Shown: positions 21,259-31,017, numbered from the stretch's first letter. The stretch is DNA of 64,000 nucleotides from Peptococcaceae bacterium (GCA_049366715.1 JBMNCQ010000004.1:244374-308373), one strand, 5' to 3'. Numbers and translations: made by a program. The notes: generated by a model not told the origin, from the sequence alone.

Positions 21259-21714
21259 TTGATGTCTACTTTAGTCATGGGAACAGGAAATGACCTTCTG
21301 GGAGATGACTCCCTGGGATTTCATGTTTTGAATAAATTAAGAAGCTATCCCTTGCCTCCCGGGATAGACACTCTCTATATAGGTGTTGACAGTACACGAA
21401 TTAACCGCGGCTTTATCAAGTATGACCGGATAATCGTTATCGATGCAGTGGAGAGCATAGGTAAGATCGGGGACATATATTTACTTCCTGCCGGTAAGAT
21501 TCCCCGGCAGCCCCGTCCTTATTCCCTTCATGATATAACCTGGCGGGAAATGCTGGATATGCTGAAGCTGGCAGATCGTTCTTACTTATTTGGGATCGAA
21601 AGTACTGCTTTAACCAACAGGGAGGTCTTAAATCCTATCATTCAAGGAAAATTTGACTACTATGCAGCAGTACTTTATAAATTACTGACGACTAATCCGG
21701 CTGTTTCAGGGTAA
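21259..21714 (+). CDS. Hydrogenase maturation protease
   Basis: GTGNDLLGDDSLG, IIVIDAV, SLHD. Confidence 0.9.
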   Translation: MMSTLVMGTGNDLLGDDSLGFHVLNKLRSYPLPPGIDTLYIGVDSTRINRGFIKYDRIIVIDAVESIGKIGDIYLLPAGKIPRQPRPYSLHDITWREMLDMLKLADRSYLFGIESTALTNREVLNPIIQGKFDYYAAVLYKLLTTNPAVSG

Positions 21715-21867
21715 TTCTTCCTATTACACTTTCGTAACGGTTCCGCAAAACAGAGCATTTATAATCTTAAACCAACTGCATATTAAAATAGCTGCTGACC
21801 GCTGGGACCAGTCGGTATAACAGCTCGAGAATATTTAACTCAAATAACAAAAAGTTAGTGCGCTTTA

Positions 21868-22878
21868 CTAATCTTTTAGTATTTCGGCAAGTATTTGCTT
21901 TTCCAGCATTTTAATTCCTTCATAATCTATCGTTTCCTGACATAATAGACAGAGCTGATTATTTAAGTTATCTGCTTCTTTAAAATACCAGGCTGCTCTC
22001 TCTGTAGCCAGCTCTTCGATAAATAAATATTTCTTTTCTTCCTGTTTATGGGGATAACTAATCAATTTCTTAAAATCACCGGTAATATTTTTACTGCCGA
22101 TAGCCATCGCCATCTCCGGTAAAATTAACAGCTCAATTACCTCCGGATCTAAACAGTTAAAATAAATAGCAACCTTAAGGCCTTTTATTACCGCTTCCCG
22201 GGCAATTATCTTTAAAATCCCCGTAGCGTTACTGGGACTGATCTCGTTTAAGTAAACTTTGTTGGAGATATTTCCAAGCAAATCAGAATAGTAATTAATA
22301 ACTCCGAATTTCGTGATACATTGGGCAATTCTATGATATATTACGCCCTTTTCTTTGGAAAATAAGGTTTTAAGGATCTTTTCCGTGATATACAATACCT
22401 GTCTGTCCTCTAATGCAGTTTCCTTTCCAAAAGAAACAAAGTATATTTCTTTAAGTTTTGCTAACTCTTCCCGGGCTAGTTCAGTATTTACATTTATCTG
22501 TTCTTCCAGGTCCTTTACCTTTGATTTATAAATCAGATATTTATTTTCATCTCTATATCCATCTAAATTCACAATCTCATAATCCTTTATATTAGAAAGG
22601 TTTTCACCACAGGCTACGGACAAACTCAATTGGGGTATGATCACTCCTTCTAAATTGTTAGGGTTAACAGTACCGTGAATAAACTCTATGTCATAACCCC
22701 TTTCTAATAAGTTAAGTCCAGTATTTCTGATAATTCTGGACCTTAGCTGATTCGTCCCCCCTCTTAGTATTACATTTTTCTTTAATATCCGCAAAGTATC
22801 ATCTAAGAATGAATGATACCCTTTACCGGAATGGATAGAAAGAAAATATTCTGTTACTGTCCCCATGTTTACAGCCAA
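21868..22878 (-). CDS. PRK06851-like protein with degenerate P-loops
   Basis: YFLSIHSGKGYHSF…ILRGG…, NPNNLEGVIIP, NCLDPEVIELLILPE two-module pattern; start codon uncertain. Confidence 0.6.
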   Translation of the reverse strand: MAVNMGTVTEYFLSIHSGKGYHSFLDDTLRILKKNVILRGGTNQLRSRIIRNTGLNLLERGYDIEFIHGTVNPNNLEGVIIPQLSLSVACGENLSNIKDYEIVNLDGYRDENKYLIYKSKVKDLEEQINVNTELAREELAKLKEIYFVSFGKETALEDRQVLYITEKILKTLFSKEKGVIYHRIAQCITKFGVINYYSDLLGNISNKVYLNEISPSNATGILKIIAREAVIKGLKVAIYFNCLDPEVIELLILPEMAMAIGSKNITGDFKKLISYPHKQEEKKYLFIEELATERAAWYFKEADNLNNQLCLLCQETIDYEGIKMLEKQILAEILKD

Positions 22879-23121
22879 AATATTCACCCCTTTAGTTTGC
22901 TGTGCCTTATATCCTATTATGATTTTCACTAAAAAGTGCATATGAATTAGTCAGGAAATGGAAATTCCTAAAATAAATCCCCAAGTCCCTGGTGTATAAA
23001 TCACGACCACGGTCTTGAGGATTGCAGCTGTCCATACCGGAACTTTCTTAATTAAAATACAGCATATATAAAGGGATATCATTTTAAGAAATGCTCTTTT
23101 TATTATGGATATTTTTAATTG

Positions 23122-24360
23122 CTACTTAAATATTTTGCCGAAAATCTTTTTAAAAATGCTTTCTCCCCTTTGCTCAAAATCTAAATAGGAATAACCATAT
23201 CCATCAGGGACAAGTATTAACCCCAGAGGTTTTCCGACAGTGGGTCTTTTAATTAACCTTCTCTTTAAAACTTTTTTCCTGCCTGCTAAAAACTCAATTT
23301 CAAAGGCATCACCTGCATGCTGCAGGGCGTAATCCAGGTCATAACTGCTATCGGCTCTGACACCGTTAACAGCCAGAATAATGTCACCTGTCCGCAGGCC
23401 GCCGGATTTTAAAGGGGACGATTCTAATAAGTCAAGAACCATCACGCCCCTGGGCGGGTTGGTAAACAAAGGTTCCCCTGAAAATTCATGCCTTCTCCCT
23501 AAAAAAATCACAAATTCATGTCCGCAAGGGGCAAAAAGCGCTGCGAAAATTCCCATAGCGGGATAGTTTGCCGCAATGATCGCCAATCCCAGTAATATTA
23601 AGCTGTAAACTGCTAAATACGATGCAGAGCGGCTTGTTTTCTCTTTCGGCAGGGCTGTTAGGGCGATGTCCCCATAACCCAGACCGGCAATTACAGGTAT
23701 CATCTGATAAATAATATTATTATTTTCATTTAAAAATTCCGCCTTAATAAGAGGCCACCAATCCGGCATTTTTAAAACTCCGCCGACAATCTCCACATCG
23801 GGAACAATAGCTACCATGGCTACAATGGGAAGCGGCCAGAATTTCTGCAGATTGAACCCGCCGATTAATTTATCATGCTTCCCTTTAACATAAACAGGAA
23901 CCGCACCCAAATGGCCGCTTAAAAGAATTAAGACCGCTTCAACCAAGTGCAGGATGGCCACTAAACCCATAACCTGGGGAATACTTACTTCCGGATATCC
24001 TAAAAAATATTTGGAAAGGGAAACGACCCCTCCTGCATAGGCAAAACACATAAATCTTTGATTGACCAGCATCATGGCAATAGCCAGGATCCATAAATAC
24101 TGAATGCCCACTTCTAATATGGAAATTCCAACCAGAACTAAAATAAAGCTTCCCACTAAACCGCCTATAATACCATAAATGGTAGCAATGATCGTAGGAC
24201 GTACTACACTTTCTTCAGGCACATTAAAAAACTCACTCTTCATTTTAGCCATTCGTCTGAACTGAAACCAGATGATTAACATCACCAGCCAAAATATCGG
24301 CTGACTGAAAAGGCTTATTAAATTATAGATAATTAAAGGAATGAGCTTAATAAAAACCAA
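23122..24360 (-). CDS. Multi-pass membrane protein with C-terminal PDZ domain (MinJ-like)
   Basis: RFMCFAYAGG, LHLVEA, GLRTGDIILAVNG (PDZ); lies after ctpA as minJ does in Bacillus. Confidence 0.8.
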   Translation of the reverse strand: MVFIKLIPLIIYNLISLFSQPIFWLVMLIIWFQFRRMAKMKSEFFNVPEESVVRPTIIATIYGIIGGLVGSFILVLVGISILEVGIQYLWILAIAMMLVNQRFMCFAYAGGVVSLSKYFLGYPEVSIPQVMGLVAILHLVEAVLILLSGHLGAVPVYVKGKHDKLIGGFNLQKFWPLPIVAMVAIVPDVEIVGGVLKMPDWWPLIKAEFLNENNNIIYQMIPVIAGLGYGDIALTALPKEKTSRSASYLAVYSLILLGLAIIAANYPAMGIFAALFAPCGHEFVIFLGRRHEFSGEPLFTNPPRGVMVLDLLESSPLKSGGLRTGDIILAVNGVRADSSYDLDYALQHAGDAFEIEFLAGRKKVLKRRLIKRPTVGKPLGLILVPDGYGYSYLDFEQRGESIFKKIFGKIFK

Positions 24361-24380
24361 TCGTGAAATACTCCTCTCGA

Positions 24381-24577
24381 ATTTAGTGACCGGTGGTTAG
24401 TGATTAGTGACTAGTGACTAGTGGTTAGTGACTAGTATAGTTGAGATCATGGAGCATAGAGCATAGATTATGGTTCATAGTTTATGGTTCATAGTTTATA
24501 GTTCATGGGTTATGGGTTTGAGAACTGAGAACCGAGAACTGAGAACTGAGAACTGAATACAGACAACTGAGAACAGC
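24381..24577. repeat. Bipolar heptamer array filling the ctpA-minJ spacer
   Basis: About 17 NNNNYRG units (TGACTAG, AGCATAG, TTCATAG, TTTATGG), then 8 CTGAGAA-type units. Confidence 0.95.
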
Positions 24578-25753
24578 TTACCGGATCTTCCCTTCCAGGA
24601 CATCTATGGCCTTTAACAGCTGGGTATCCGGCGGTATCTCCCGCTGGCCCGGGACATATTCCGGTAATTCAACCTCAATATCAGGTTCAATGCCTTTATG
24701 GTGAATATCATTTTTATTGGGAGTGAGATATTTGGCCGTGGTAAGCTTTAACCCCGCTCCTTCATCTAAGAAAAATATAGACTGGACAATTCCTTTACCG
24801 AAAGTCTTCGTCCCAATAAGGGTGCCTGCTCCGGTATCCTTAATCGCCCCGGCCAGAATTTCCGATGCACTTGCACTACCGCCATTGATTAAAGCCGCGA
24901 TGGGTACTTTAATATTATCGCCGGAAGCCTCTAAAGATTCAGTCTGGTCTTTATTATTTACAATGTGGACAATCGGTCCTTTCGGAATGAAATGCCGGGC
25001 GATATCTACAACAGTATGTAAATCCCCACCGGGATTATCCCTTAAATCAATAATTATTGCTTTAAAGCCCTGATCCTGAAGCTTCTTTAATTCTTCCGTA
25101 AGGGCTTCATCGGTATTACTGGCAAACATTAAAATTCTCAGATAAGCAATATCCGGGTTATCCTTTAATATTTCCCCCTCAACAGTGGGAACATTGATTA
25201 TTTCTCTGACAATCGTAAATTCTAAAAGCTTATCTTCTTCAGCCCTTTGGATACTGACATTTACTTCCGTCCCGGGCTCGCCCTTCATAATACCGACAGC
25301 CTCATCAATATCCATATCTTCAGTGGATCTGCCGTTTATTCCGGCAATTATATCACCGGATTTTATCCCGGCCTTAGCCCCTGGTGTCCCTTTTATCGGA
25401 GCAATAACTGTTATGTCCCCATCCCGCACGCCAACATAAATGCCGATTCCTCCAAAAGCCCCCTGAATATGGGACTGCAGCTCTTGAAATTTCTCAGCAT
25501 TCATATAAACGGAATACTCATCACCCAAGGAATTTACCATTCCTCCAATAGCGCCTTCGATAAGCTTGCTGTCATCAACGGGCCAGAGAAACTGTGATTT
25601 TACCAAGGTAGCAACGCGTACGAATTGCCCGATATTATCCCTATTTGTAATTAAAAAAATCCCAACTGCTGCCGTTACCGTAAAACTGATTAAAATTAGC
25701 AGAATCAAAAAACCTTTAAAAATCCTTTTTCCGTTATTCAAGCAGGCCACCAC
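24578..25753 (-). CDS. ctpA: C-terminal processing protease, S41 family
   Basis: PDZ GIGIYV, IIDLRDNPGG, SASASEI, GTKTFGKG. Confidence 0.95.
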   Translation of the reverse strand: MVACLNNGKRIFKGFLILLILISFTVTAAVGIFLITNRDNIGQFVRVATLVKSQFLWPVDDSKLIEGAIGGMVNSLGDEYSVYMNAEKFQELQSHIQGAFGGIGIYVGVRDGDITVIAPIKGTPGAKAGIKSGDIIAGINGRSTEDMDIDEAVGIMKGEPGTEVNVSIQRAEEDKLLEFTIVREIINVPTVEGEILKDNPDIAYLRILMFASNTDEALTEELKKLQDQGFKAIIIDLRDNPGGDLHTVVDIARHFIPKGPIVHIVNNKDQTESLEASGDNIKVPIAALINGGSASASEILAGAIKDTGAGTLIGTKTFGKGIVQSIFFLDEGAGLKLTTAKYLTPNKNDIHHKGIEPDIEVELPEYVPGQREIPPDTQLLKAIDVLEGKIR

Positions 25754-25759
25754 CTATAA

Positions 25760-25800
25760 ATTAGTGACTAGTGACTATCCAACTTTGCCACTAGTAATTA
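25760..25800. repeat. Short bipolar heptamer element upstream of ctpA
   Basis: TAGTGAC TAGTGAC … CACTAGTAA. Confidence 0.55.
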
Positions 25801-26004
25801 TTATGTACATAACGATAAAAACCTATATATTTATATTATTTTAGGAGAGATGAAATATACTTAAGATTTAGGGAAATTTATTCACTCATCACACAAAATT
25901 TCCCCTTCTGAAACACTTAGTAAATTATACCATAAATAAGCAAAAGAAAACCTGCTCGATTGCAGGCTTTTACAACGCAAAAGATAACCCAGTTTGCTGT
26001 CTTT

Positions 26005-26901
26005 TTATACCTTCAGATATTTCCGCACTGCTATAACACTGCCCAGAGCACCTATAACAGTCCCGCCGCCGATTAGCAGCAGCAAAATATGAAGCAATAT
26101 CTGGTGGTCCGATACCACCGGCAAAAAAGGCACCGACATTATGATATAGTTAACTACGGCATCATAGCCAAAATATATGACCAGTCCGGCACATGTTGCT
26201 CCCAATAAACCAATCAGCATACCCTCCAGAAAAAAAGGAAAGCGGATAAACCAATTGGTAGCACCGACATATTTCATAATTGTTATTTCTTTTTTCCGGG
26301 CAAAGACGGTTAATCTAATTGTCGTTGTTATCAGGAAGAGGCCTGCGATCAGCATCCCGGCAATTACTGCAAAGCCAACATTTCTAATCCATGTTGTAAA
26401 AGACATTAGTTTATCCACAATTTCTTTACCATAACGGACGCTTTCCACTTCGGGGAACTGTTTGATTTCTTCCGCTAAAGCTTGCACCTTAGCAGAACTC
26501 ACGGCTTTGATTCGATAAGAATCGGGCAAAGGATTATTGCCACCTAAAGCACCTGTAAGATCGCTGTCTTTTCCAAACCGATCCTGCATCATAGTCAAAG
26601 CTTCCTCTTTTGTAACAAATTCTGCCGAAGAAAATCCGGGAATCTTGGCAAACTTATTTTGCAGAGCCTGGGCATTTTGACGTTCTGTATCCAAGTGCAT
26701 AAAAACATTTATCTCAACTTGGGATTCCATGGCGGCCGCTAAATTCTGAGTGTTTAATACCAGCAATAGCGTACCGCCTAAAATAAAAAGGGAAATAGCT
26801 ATGGTTATAACAGATGCAAAAGCCATCCCTTTGTGGCGCCCGATGGACCGCAAAGCGTCCCGGGAAGTATAGCGGATATAACTACCGAACGGCATAATCA
26901 T
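26005..26901 (-). CDS. ftsX: Cell division permease FtsX
   Basis: NPLPDSY, TIRLTVFARKKEITIMKYVGATNWFIRFPF. Confidence 0.95.
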   Translation of the reverse strand: MIMPFGSYIRYTSRDALRSIGRHKGMAFASVITIAISLFILGGTLLLVLNTQNLAAAMESQVEINVFMHLDTERQNAQALQNKFAKIPGFSSAEFVTKEEALTMMQDRFGKDSDLTGALGGNNPLPDSYRIKAVSSAKVQALAEEIKQFPEVESVRYGKEIVDKLMSFTTWIRNVGFAVIAGMLIAGLFLITTTIRLTVFARKKEITIMKYVGATNWFIRFPFFLEGMLIGLLGATCAGLVIYFGYDAVVNYIIMSVPFLPVVSDHQILLHILLLLIGGGTVIGALGSVIAVRKYLKV

Positions 26902-27571
26902 ACCCCCCTCTGGCTTCATCCCTGACTATGGCCCCTTTTCTTAAAACGACCACTCTTTTCCTCATTCTATCGACAATATCACTATCATGGGTAGCCATAA
27001 TAACCGTTGTCCCCCGTTTATTAATGTTGTTAATAATTTTCATGATTTCCAAAGATGTATCAGGGTCCAGATTACCTGTCGGTTCATCCGCAATCAAAAT
27101 ACTGGGGTTATTGATAATAGCCCGGGCAATAGCTACCCGCTGCTGTTCTCCGCCGGATAATTCCTCTGTAAAACAATTATACTTATCACTGATCCCTACC
27201 ATCTCCAGGACAAGAGGAACCTTTCTCCGCACCTCACTTACCGGTGTTCCCATAGATTCTAAAGCAAAAGCAACATTTTCAAAAACCGTGCGGTCCTGTA
27301 ATAATCTGAAATCTTGAAAAATAAATCCTATTCTCCTTCTTAACTGAGGAATTTCTTTCGCCCTCATTCTTACGATACTTCTGCCATCTATCATAATCTG
27401 CCCGTTAGTAGGCAGGCTTTCTCTGATTAATAAACGGGTAAATGTAGACTTGCCGGCACCACTTGGCCCAACTAAAAAAACAAATTCGCCTTTATCAATA
27501 CCAATACTTATGCTGTCCAGAGCTAATGTACCGTTATCATATTTCTTGGTCACGTTAAAAAACTGTATCAA
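26882..27571 (-). CDS. ftsE: Cell division ATP-binding protein FtsE
   Basis: GPSGAGKST, IFQDFRLL, LSGGEQQR, ADEPTGNLDP; overlaps ftsX. Confidence 0.96.
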   Translation of the reverse strand: MIQFFNVTKKYDNGTLALDSISIGIDKGEFVFLVGPSGAGKSTFTRLLIRESLPTNGQIMIDGRSIVRMRAKEIPQLRRRIGFIFQDFRLLQDRTVFENVAFALESMGTPVSEVRRKVPLVLEMVGISDKYNCFTEELSGGEQQRVAIARAIINNPSILIADEPTGNLDPDTSLEIMKIINNINKRGTTVIMATHDSDIVDRMRKRVVVLRKGAIVRDEARGGYDYAVR

Positions 27572-27690
27572 TGTTTGTCCACCTCTATTGAATTACTAGT
27601 TCCCCTAGTAGTATATTTGAGAGTTATTCTTAATTAGTGACGGAAAAAAACTTTAAAAGTTCCATCCTCAGCTTTATCTCTCTTAACAGT

Positions 27691-27715
27691 TTTCGACAAC
27701 AACCCTTATTTTCCT
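27691..27715 (-). promoter_or_regulatory. SigH-like promoter of ftsEX
   Basis: gcAGGA-N17-GAAA (…gtcGAAA). Confidence 0.55.
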
Positions 27716-27798
27716 GCCCTTGGCCTATCAATTCGCTATTGCCAATTAATTCATGCCGGCAGAAAATAAGTCATCTCCGGACCGTCTAGCTCTATAAC

Positions 27799-27842
27799 AA
27801 AACCCGAAACCGGAGAAGCATGATCTTCCGGTTTCGGGTTTA
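27799..27842 (-). terminator. Intrinsic terminator after transketolase genes
   Basis: AAAACCCGAAACCGGA…TCCGGTTTCGGGTTTT inverted repeat. Confidence 0.8.
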
Positions 27843-27870
27843 TTGCAACACCGACTGAAGTTTGCAATGA

Positions 27871-28806
27871 TTACTTTCTGTCCATAACCTTGCGTACGGC
27901 TTTAATTATTTCCGGGGCAGTAAGCCCGTACTTTTCCAAAAGTTCCTGGGGCTTACCTGATTCGCCGAAAGTATCTTTGACTGCGATCCTCTCCATGGGC
28001 ACCGGACAGTTTTCCACCAGCACCTCTGCCACAGCACTGCCCAGACCCCCGAACATGTTATGCTCTTCGCAGGTCACAACTGCTCCCGTTTTCCGGGCTT
28101 CTTTCGTAATGGCGGCCTCATCAATGGGCTTAATGGTGCTGATATTCACAACACTTGCGCTGATTCCTTGCGCTTGGAGCTCCTGAGCAGCTTTTAAGGC
28201 TTCACCTACCATGATTCCCGCTGCCATTAAAGCTACATCGCCGCCCTCCCTGACAACTACAGCTTTCCCGATTTCAAATTGATAGTTTTCAGCAAAGATA
28301 CCCGGTACTTTAGGTCTGCCTAATCTTATATAAACAGGACCGTTATATTGGGCGGCTTTAAAAACAGCTTGTTTTGTTTCTTCTCCATCGGCAGGAACGA
28401 GAACAGTCATTCCGGGAACAGCTCTCATTAAGGCAATATCTTCCAGCATCTGGTGAGAACCCCCGTCTTCTCCCACGGTAAGCCCTGCATGGGAAGCAGC
28501 AATTTTTACATTTAAGTGCGTATAACCAATCGAATTTCTGATTTGGTCATATGCTCTTCCCGTTGCAAAAACCGCAAAGGAACTGGCAAAGGGTATTTTT
28601 CCCGAGGCAGCAAACCCTGCTGCACAGCCTATTAGATTTTGCTCCGCTATCCCAATATTAAAAAACCGCTCCGGGAATTCCTTAGCGAAATTCTCGGTTT
28701 TCGTCGACTTGGATAAATCGGCGTCAAGTACTACTACGTCCTTATTGATCTTTCCTAATTCAACTAAAGCTTTACCATAAGCATCTCTAGTTGCAATACT
28801 TTCCAT
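27871..28806 (-). CDS. Transketolase, C-terminal subunit
   Basis: ATRDAYG, DADLSKST, GIAEQN, GEDGGSHQ, GPVYIRLGR. Confidence 0.95.
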   Translation of the reverse strand: MESIATRDAYGKALVELGKINKDVVVLDADLSKSTKTENFAKEFPERFFNIGIAEQNLIGCAAGFAASGKIPFASSFAVFATGRAYDQIRNSIGYTHLNVKIAASHAGLTVGEDGGSHQMLEDIALMRAVPGMTVLVPADGEETKQAVFKAAQYNGPVYIRLGRPKVPGIFAENYQFEIGKAVVVREGGDVALMAAGIMVGEALKAAQELQAQGISASVVNISTIKPIDEAAITKEARKTGAVVTCEEHNMFGGLGSAVAEVLVENCPVPMERIAVKDTFGESGKPQELLEKYGLTAPEIIKAVRKVMDRK

Positions 28807-28824
28807 ATGTAAAACCACCTTTCT

Positions 28825-29042
28825 TTTGCATGCGGTATTGGTCAGTTTACACGAATAAGTTTAGATTATTGGTCAGACATGGGATCTCGTAATAATTATG
28901 TGTCAGTTATTCTATATCACTAAGTTTATTTGTCAGTAAAACTAACCACTAATGTTCACAAATATTAAAATCCCGGCAAAAAAATTACTCAAGAAAATTA
29001 CCGGCCGAAAACAATATCCATAAAAAGAACTTTAACAAACAC
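28825..29042. repeat. Bipolar degenerate ~30-bp-period array between the two transketolase genes
   Basis: GTCAG at 28841, 28872, 28902, 28932; inverse cores at 28942, 28973, 29001, 29032. Confidence 0.8.
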
Positions 29043-29044
29043 GC

Positions 29045-29863
29045 TTATCCCAATTCTTTTAGTGCTTGCTCAACCTGTTGGGCATTTGGGGCGGAACCGT
29101 GCCAGCCCGCTTGATTTTCCATAAAAGAAACGCCTTTGCCTTTTATTGTTTTGGCGATGATCATAGTGGGTCTGCCTTTAATCGTCTTAGCCGTATTTAG
29201 GGCCTCCTCTATTTGGGCAAAGCTGTGTCCGTCGATCTCCAGTACTTCCCAGCCAAATGCCCGCCATTTATCGGCCAGGGGCTCAGGAGACATAACCTGA
29301 GAAATAGGCCCGTCTATCTGCAGTCCATTATAATCCAGTATGCCCGTAAGGTTATCTAACTTATAATGAGCAGCCGACATGGCTGCCTCCCAGATTTGAC
29401 CTTCCTGGATTTCCCCGTCACCCAGCATTACATAAATCCGGTTGGCAGTTTGATCTAATTTAGCTGCCAAAGCCATACCTATGGAAGTAGAAAAGCCCGT
29501 CCCCAGGGAGCCCGTGGACATTTCCACTCCTTTCACCTTTTTCATATCAGGGTGACCTTGTAAAGAAGAATTAATTTTTCTTAAGGACAATAAATCTGTC
29601 CGGGGGAAAAAACCCTTTTCAGCCAAGGCAGCGTATAAAACCGGCGCTGCATGGCCCTTTGATAATACAAAGCGGTCTCTTTCCGGCCAGTGAGGATTCC
29701 GGGGATCTACCTTTAACTCTTTAAAATACAGATATGTAATAATATCTGCAGCAGACAGTGACCCTCCCGGATGGCCCGACCCTGCTGCTCCTGTCATTTT
29801 TACAATATGCTGCCTGATCACTTTAGCTTTCTCTTTAAGTAATGCCAAGCTTTTCTCATCCAT
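29045..29863 (-). CDS. Transketolase, N-terminal (TPP-binding) subunit
   Basis: SGHPGGSLS, RDRFVLSKGHA, LQGHP, GDGEIQEG. Confidence 0.96.
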   Translation of the reverse strand: MDEKSLALLKEKAKVIRQHIVKMTGAAGSGHPGGSLSAADIITYLYFKELKVDPRNPHWPERDRFVLSKGHAAPVLYAALAEKGFFPRTDLLSLRKINSSLQGHPDMKKVKGVEMSTGSLGTGFSTSIGMALAAKLDQTANRIYVMLGDGEIQEGQIWEAAMSAAHYKLDNLTGILDYNGLQIDGPISQVMSPEPLADKWRAFGWEVLEIDGHSFAQIEEALNTAKTIKGRPTMIIAKTIKGKGVSFMENQAGWHGSAPNAQQVEQALKELG

Positions 29864-29884
29864 AAAATCAGACCTCCAAATTTA

Positions 29885-29995
29885 ATTAGTGACTGGTGAC
29901 TTGTTGCTCGTTGAAAGTTCTTAGTTACTGGTTCATAGATTATCGTTTTTAGTTATTCATTATACCCTGCGCCTTATACTCCGTAATCGTGCCCA
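29885..29995. repeat. Bipolar heptamer array upstream of transketolase
   Basis: TAGTGAC TGGTGAC … TAGTTAC TGGTTCA TAGATTA TCGTTTT TAGTTAT, then CTGCGCC TTATACT CCGTAAT. Confidence 0.75.
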
Positions 29996-30152
29996 TTTGG
30001 GGTATCTATTAATTCGTTTAGCTAAATTCGGTAACACGATGTCAGCATTTATTGCCGTTATTCACACGAATATTTTCCATAGTCCTTGAGCTTCTCCACA
30101 GGACATTAAAGACTACTATATTTCACTTTTCACTCTCCGGCTATTCTATAGT

Positions 30153-30860
30153 TTACACTTTACCTTCGATTAATATTTTATTCTGCATTATCTTAACAGT
30201 TGTCACCTGAAAAGTGAAGGGTATTTTTTCCAATTGGAACTGTAAATTAAAATTTTTTAATATTTTTTCCTGCATTCCCTCCGCAGGTTTTAAGCCGCCC
30301 AGGATAAGTCCGCCGGGTTTAAAGATAATACCGGGGCCCTGGCCGGGAACCAGCGTCCCCCAGATTGTCGTCGCCAAGTCTCTGCCCCAAAAGGTTATTT
30401 TGTGCGCAATAGTAATTTTATTATCCTGCAAATTGATTTCAATTCCTGCGTACTTTTTCGCTGCCATTTTATTTAAGTTTTGCTGATCCATTTCCAGCCA
30501 TACATTACCCTTTGCAATCTTCTCTACGACAATAGTTTTTTTTCTTAATAAATGGGGCAGATTTATTTTGGTATTGATAAATTCTCCCCGAAAACGATTA
30601 ATCTCCAAATCATTATAGGCCCAATTGGTAATACTCAGCCGTAATTCCTTAATATTACCCCGGAACCCGTCCTTCAACCACGCAATGTCTATTTCCGCCT
30701 CGACCTTTTCCGTCCCCGGATAACCGCTATAAAGAGCGCGCTCAATCTCTTTTTCAAGATAGTTATTCCCTTGTAAAAATATGATTCCTGCCATAACCAA
30801 GGTGCTTAAGATAGAAACTAAAAGAATTTTCCGCATTATTTTCACCTCATTACACCTCAT
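30153..30860 (-). CDS. DUF2993/LmeA-like membrane-anchored protein
   Basis: N-terminal TM helix, GNIKELRL, C-terminal IPFTFQVTTVKIMQNKILIEG pattern. Confidence 0.6.
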   Translation of the reverse strand: MRCNEVKIMRKILLVSILSTLVMAGIIFLQGNNYLEKEIERALYSGYPGTEKVEAEIDIAWLKDGFRGNIKELRLSITNWAYNDLEINRFRGEFINTKINLPHLLRKKTIVVEKIAKGNVWLEMDQQNLNKMAAKKYAGIEINLQDNKITIAHKITFWGRDLATTIWGTLVPGQGPGIIFKPGGLILGGLKPAEGMQEKILKNFNLQFQLEKIPFTFQVTTVKIMQNKILIEGKV

Positions 30861-31017
30861 CCTTTTTTATTCCCCTATTTAGACTTATTAAACATTTGTC
30901 AAAAATATTTCTACGGGATATTATTGAGTGCATATTTTTGGTGGAATATGGTTATTACTATACTGAATAGTAATAATGTGTGGAACATTAAAACAAGTTT
31001 GAAATTAGGAGGTATTT

